Assembly (NCBI GenBank): GCA_037446635.1
Contig: JBBIIG010000014.1
Coordinates: 16,294-80,293 of the forward strand
DNA from: a bacterium
GTDB lineage: Bacteria; Zhuqueibacterota; Zhuqueibacteria; Oceanimicrobiales; Oceanimicrobiaceae
Reading direction: 5' to 3'
DNA length: 64,000 bases
Shown here in pieces: positions 62,101-64,000 of the stretch (position 1 is the first letter of the stretch; each line of letters opens with the position of its first letter). The notes beneath the pieces were generated by a model. It was not told the origin of the DNA. It did not search any database and was given only the letters and a program-made list of their open reading frames with translations. The position numbers and the translations under genes were made by a program.

Positions 62101-64000
62101 GGGCGCCGGCGCGACGTGGTCGTTGACGAGTCGGGTGCCCTGCGAAAGAAAAATAGCTTGCTCGGTGGCGTTGATGCCGCCATTGGCAAAGGCAATTTCT
62201 TTGTTCCACGCGCCGAAGGGCAAGCGCTCGTACGCCATGATTTTGTCGATGACGATGGCCGCCTGCTCCGCGGTTTCGACCGGAATGCGCCCGACGAACA
62301 GATCCGGCAGCACATCGTCCGGGCCGTCGAGCAGGGCGTACCAGTTGTCGGCGACGAGGATGCCGTAGGAAGGAACGTAATTGGTTTTCACCGCGCCCGC
62401 CGATAGTTTTTTCGGATCCCACGAAGCGTCGCCGAGCAGAACCAAATAGGTGGGCGCCGGCTTTTCCCAAAACTCAAAGGCGTAACTCAAAAACGATTTG
62501 ATGGCTTCGGGCGCAATGATGCCGAAATTGAATTCGTCATAAATATCTTGCACATCGACGACCGCTGTCCGGAAGCCATTCCGATCGCGGCGGTAGTCTG
62601 CCAGCCTCTGCGCTTCATCCAAAAAATTTTTGTGGGTGATGATGATGTAATCCGCGGCGCTGGCGGTTGAATGCAGATCGCTATTTTTTTCTTTTTCAAT
62701 GCGGCTGATTTTTTTGAGGCCGGATTTCGACGCGGCGAAATAAAATGTCGCCGCGCTGGTGTCCGTGAACCCAGCCGAGTAGCCCAGCGCCGACTCGCCC
62801 CGCAGCGTGTCGCTGACTGCGGCCGGTCCGCTCAATCTCCTCGAAAGAACTTCTTTAGCCGAGCCCACCACCGCGCCCTTGCGGCCGACGAACGCCCAAC
62901 TATCGCGGAACGCAACTTGCCGAATGAGGCCGCTGCCAGCGGACTCATAAGCTTGATACACCGCTTCGTTCAAGTTGGTGGCGCCTTCGTCGCAAATGCC
63001 GGCCAGCACGATTTGACCCGCAGGCAGGGAATTCAAATAGGCCGCCAGTTCATCGGCGGCGGCCGGCGCGCCGAAGGGATCGAAGCGGCGAATTTCCGAG
63101 GCCCCGGTTTGGGGATCGATGGTCATGATGTGATGGCCGCGGCTGCGGAATTCCTGCACCTCAAAATGGGCGATGAGCTTCACAAAGTTGCCGTCGTTGA
63201 AGCCGGCGGATTCCACTTGAAAAAAAGAGGCGCGGTCGATTAGCGGTTGCCACCGCCTGCCTTTTAGAGGATCGAAAATGGTGATCTGTGAATCCGAAAA
63301 ATTGTGCAGCAAATAATTTTTGATGACGCGGCCGGGGTTGTCGGCTTTGAATTTGAAATGACTTTGCGCCGCGGCCGGCGTTCGTGGGTAGATGACGTCC
63401 ACCCAATCGAGATAGATTTGATTCACCAGCGCGCCGCTGCCGCCGACGAGATGCAGGTCGAAACGATTCTGGCCGTTGACGAAAAGCGACGTCGGCAGAA
63501 TTAGATTCCACAGCAGCTCTTCGCGATCGTCAAAGAAATTTTCGCCGACGAGTTGATTATTAATAGTGAGCCGGACGTGGTGATCCGGATTCACCGGATC
63601 TTGGGTCGTTCCCTGCAGCCGCAGTTTGAGCGTGCAATTTTCCACGGCGTAGTGCAGGCCACTTAAATTGAAACTGAAAATGTCGTGTTCGTTTTCAAAA
63701 ATGTAGCGGCCAATCCAGCCTTCATCCGGGTCGATTTCGCTGGAGCTGTTGGAGCGATGAAAGATAACTTCGCGCTCGAGATGCAGGGTTTCCCAATAAA
63801 ATGGGTCGGGCTGGTTTTGTGAAATTCCGGATGGAATCAATTGGTAGCGCGGCCCGGGGTCGCCATCGTCCGTGAGAAAATAGACATTGGTGTCGGTGTA
63901 AAAATCGTAGTAGCGATCGCTTGCCTGCGCAGGCAGGCGGCCGCGATGCCAGTCGGCGTAAAAGTAAATGGTGTCCAGCGGAGAAAATGTGACATTCTGC
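59137..64000 (-). CDS. Giant C25 (gingipain-type) cysteine peptidase, PorU-like, with two ILEI/FAM3-like domains, CARDB-like domains and a T9SS/FlgD-Ig C-terminal domain; 5' end outside the window
   Basis: The frame stays open from 63840 to the window edge (...YYDFYTDTNVYFLTDDGDPGPRYQLIPSG). C25 core: ADYIIITHKNFLDEAQRLADYRR...YLVLLGDASWDP...LPDLFVGRIPV. Catalytic NFIGHAGSQVWD (His ~61981) and ITGMSCHSARF (Cys 61891-61893). C-terminal LNYPNPFQNETAFTY...GVYLYKLIARRGDEQVEVVEKLVVMR. Confidence 0.9.
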   Translation of the reverse strand, partial: QNVTFSPLDTIYFYADWHRGRLPAQASDRYYDFYTDTNVYFLTDDGDPGPRYQLIPSGISQNQPDPFYWETLHLEREVIFHRSNSSSEIDPDEGWIGRYIFENEHDIFSFNLSGLHYAVENCTLKLRLQGTTQDPVNPDHHVRLTINNQLVGENFFDDREELLWNLILPTSLFVNGQNRFDLHLVGGSGALVNQIYLDWVDVIYPRTPAAAQSHFKFKADNPGRVIKNYLLHNFSDSQITIFDPLKGRRWQPLIDRASFFQVESAGFNDGNFVKLIAHFEVQEFRSRGHHIMTIDPQTGASEIRRFDPFGAPAAADELAAYLNSLPAGQIVLAGICDEGATNLNEAVYQAYESAGSGLIRQVAFRDSWAFVGRKGAVVGSAKEVLSRRLSGPAAVSDTLRGESALGYSAGFTDTSAATFYFAASKSGLKKISRIEKEKNSDLHSTASAADYIIITHKNFLDEAQRLADYRRDRNGFRTAVVDVQDIYDEFNFGIIAPEAIKSFLSYAFEFWEKPAPTYLVLLGDASWDPKKLSAGAVKTNYVPSYGILVADNWYALLDGPDDVLPDLFVGRIPVETAEQAAIVIDKIMAYERLPFGAWNKEIAFANGGINATEQAIFLSQGTRLVNDHVAPAPFSGLAIPYNKTTNEAITLNFKRTASEKIHDGVLWVNFIGHAGSQVWDIDIGHPDDWQNREVFPFITGMSCHSARFAEPVLNSLSEEFVLHPNGAAAYWGSAGFGYITQDYFLLDGLFRAVTKDTLRSVGAATTSAKYQLWQRLGGQPRSKFVIDQYILIGDPALALNIPTQPELSIQNEDITVAPELLLTTDSTAAISAVIRNFGLQPVDSVAGQISILDFENNSTPIAALIRPPTGFRDSVTVSWRLPDEPGAYRIQVEIDPQNRISETDKNNNFAEQTVTVFSSDLTLIKPLNFGVVQNANPELVANNSKIQIAGLVYFFEIDTSAAFDSPLRQASPPIDEGRLTTRWQPNLSQAGVYYWRVRTFDGEQFGPWATASFTYSPQTSGQWRQQRAEQFENNFLENVSVTPRFAVLRQNQLSFLAESAGFSDGNFARLWRNDEHVSLNRRGHNLAVFDETDGALLDRASFDTYGATANAEALAQFINALPEGRIVLAAIRDDGSVSMTESAYLALESIGSQFTRQVRFRDAWAIIGRKGAAIGTVPEEWKKVGEGAIAIADTLYRFAKNGRMISPLIGPALEWKSARLAFESDQQNQIIFSVIGKPRGSSALDTLISNFSAAEIDLSQIPAQAYPQIQLAAALTSANGLTTPRLQSWSVDFSPPPDLATVKSEIHVQQDTVEVGAEAQVTIGAANFGLAAADSFFVSMFRGATEVQKMKVGGLQVDEIREYPALISTSGLSGKIELTVRLDADDRITELDETNNAADFSLWVVRDTLAPVIRVQMDGRTVAAGDFVSAAPQVVVEIRDRGPAQFTDTSQVVVYLDQQKVSYGSGASQAQFLPQSNPEQRDLKALVLFTANLSEGDHQIEVFARDPSGNLNYFEQAFQVSSRFQITEVLNYPNPFQNETAFTYILSQDADEVRLKIYTVAGRLIHEADFLPARVGFNQFHWNARDFDGDALANGVYLYKLIARRGDEQVEVVEKLVVMR

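Noticed and set aside
61264-62406. 380-aa plus-strand ORF inside the C25 gene region
   Set aside because: It is antisense to the catalytic C25 domain, which has clear His/Cys motifs on the minus strand. It has an Arg/Gly-rich shadow composition.

Overview
This 64 kb window appears to be chromosomal DNA from an uncultured Gram-negative bacterium. I place it in the FCB superphylum (Ignavibacteria/Calditrichota/KSB1-like). That placement is an inference from five proteins ending in a type IX secretion (T9SS) C-terminal sorting domain (NYPNPFNP...IYRLEAG...MTLLK), three PorV/PorQ-like barrels, a DUF4835/PorD-like protein and a C25 gingipain-type peptidase. I support about 54 coding regions, densely packed and mostly on the + strand. 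I found no rRNA, tRNA, CRISPR array or intact mobile element.

Main blocks:
- 260-4521: a periplasmic redox cluster of DUF3179, a Met-rich monohaem cytochrome c, a trihaem cytochrome c, a cupredoxin and a DUF3179 remnant. The first DUF3179 gene carries an in-frame TGA on its conserved Cys.
- 4497-9613 (- strand): a small-enzyme operon behind a GAF/sigma-54 activator.
- 16474-22647: an OmpR regulator, a TonB-dependent receptor and a T9SS cargo gene.
- 22987-32740: a lipoprotein, a second GAF/sigma-54 activator, a Ser/Thr kinase and two T9SS cargo operons (Kelch; 9x DUF5666 repeats).
- 33043-37973: amino-acid catabolism genes.
- 37997-42868: a repeat lipoprotein, a BNR propeller and two PorV-like barrels.
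- 43129-49783: GH57, an S41 protease, ExbB-ExbD-ExbD-TonB and a downstream lipoprotein gene.
- 49962-53590: an orphan zf-HC2 anti-sigma-like gene, then a lipid kinase/DUF2064/WbqC/GT2 operon.
- 53706-64000: a barrel/ComEA fusion pair, PorD and a giant C25 peptidase with two ILEI/FAM3-like domains.

Outside the genes, the window holds at least seven families of short intergenic palindromes or repeat arrays, and six candidate sigma-54 (-24/-12) promoters. Three homopolymer-linked frameshifts in two genes could be assembly errors or real decay.

All family assignments come from motif recognition by eye. No database search was run.
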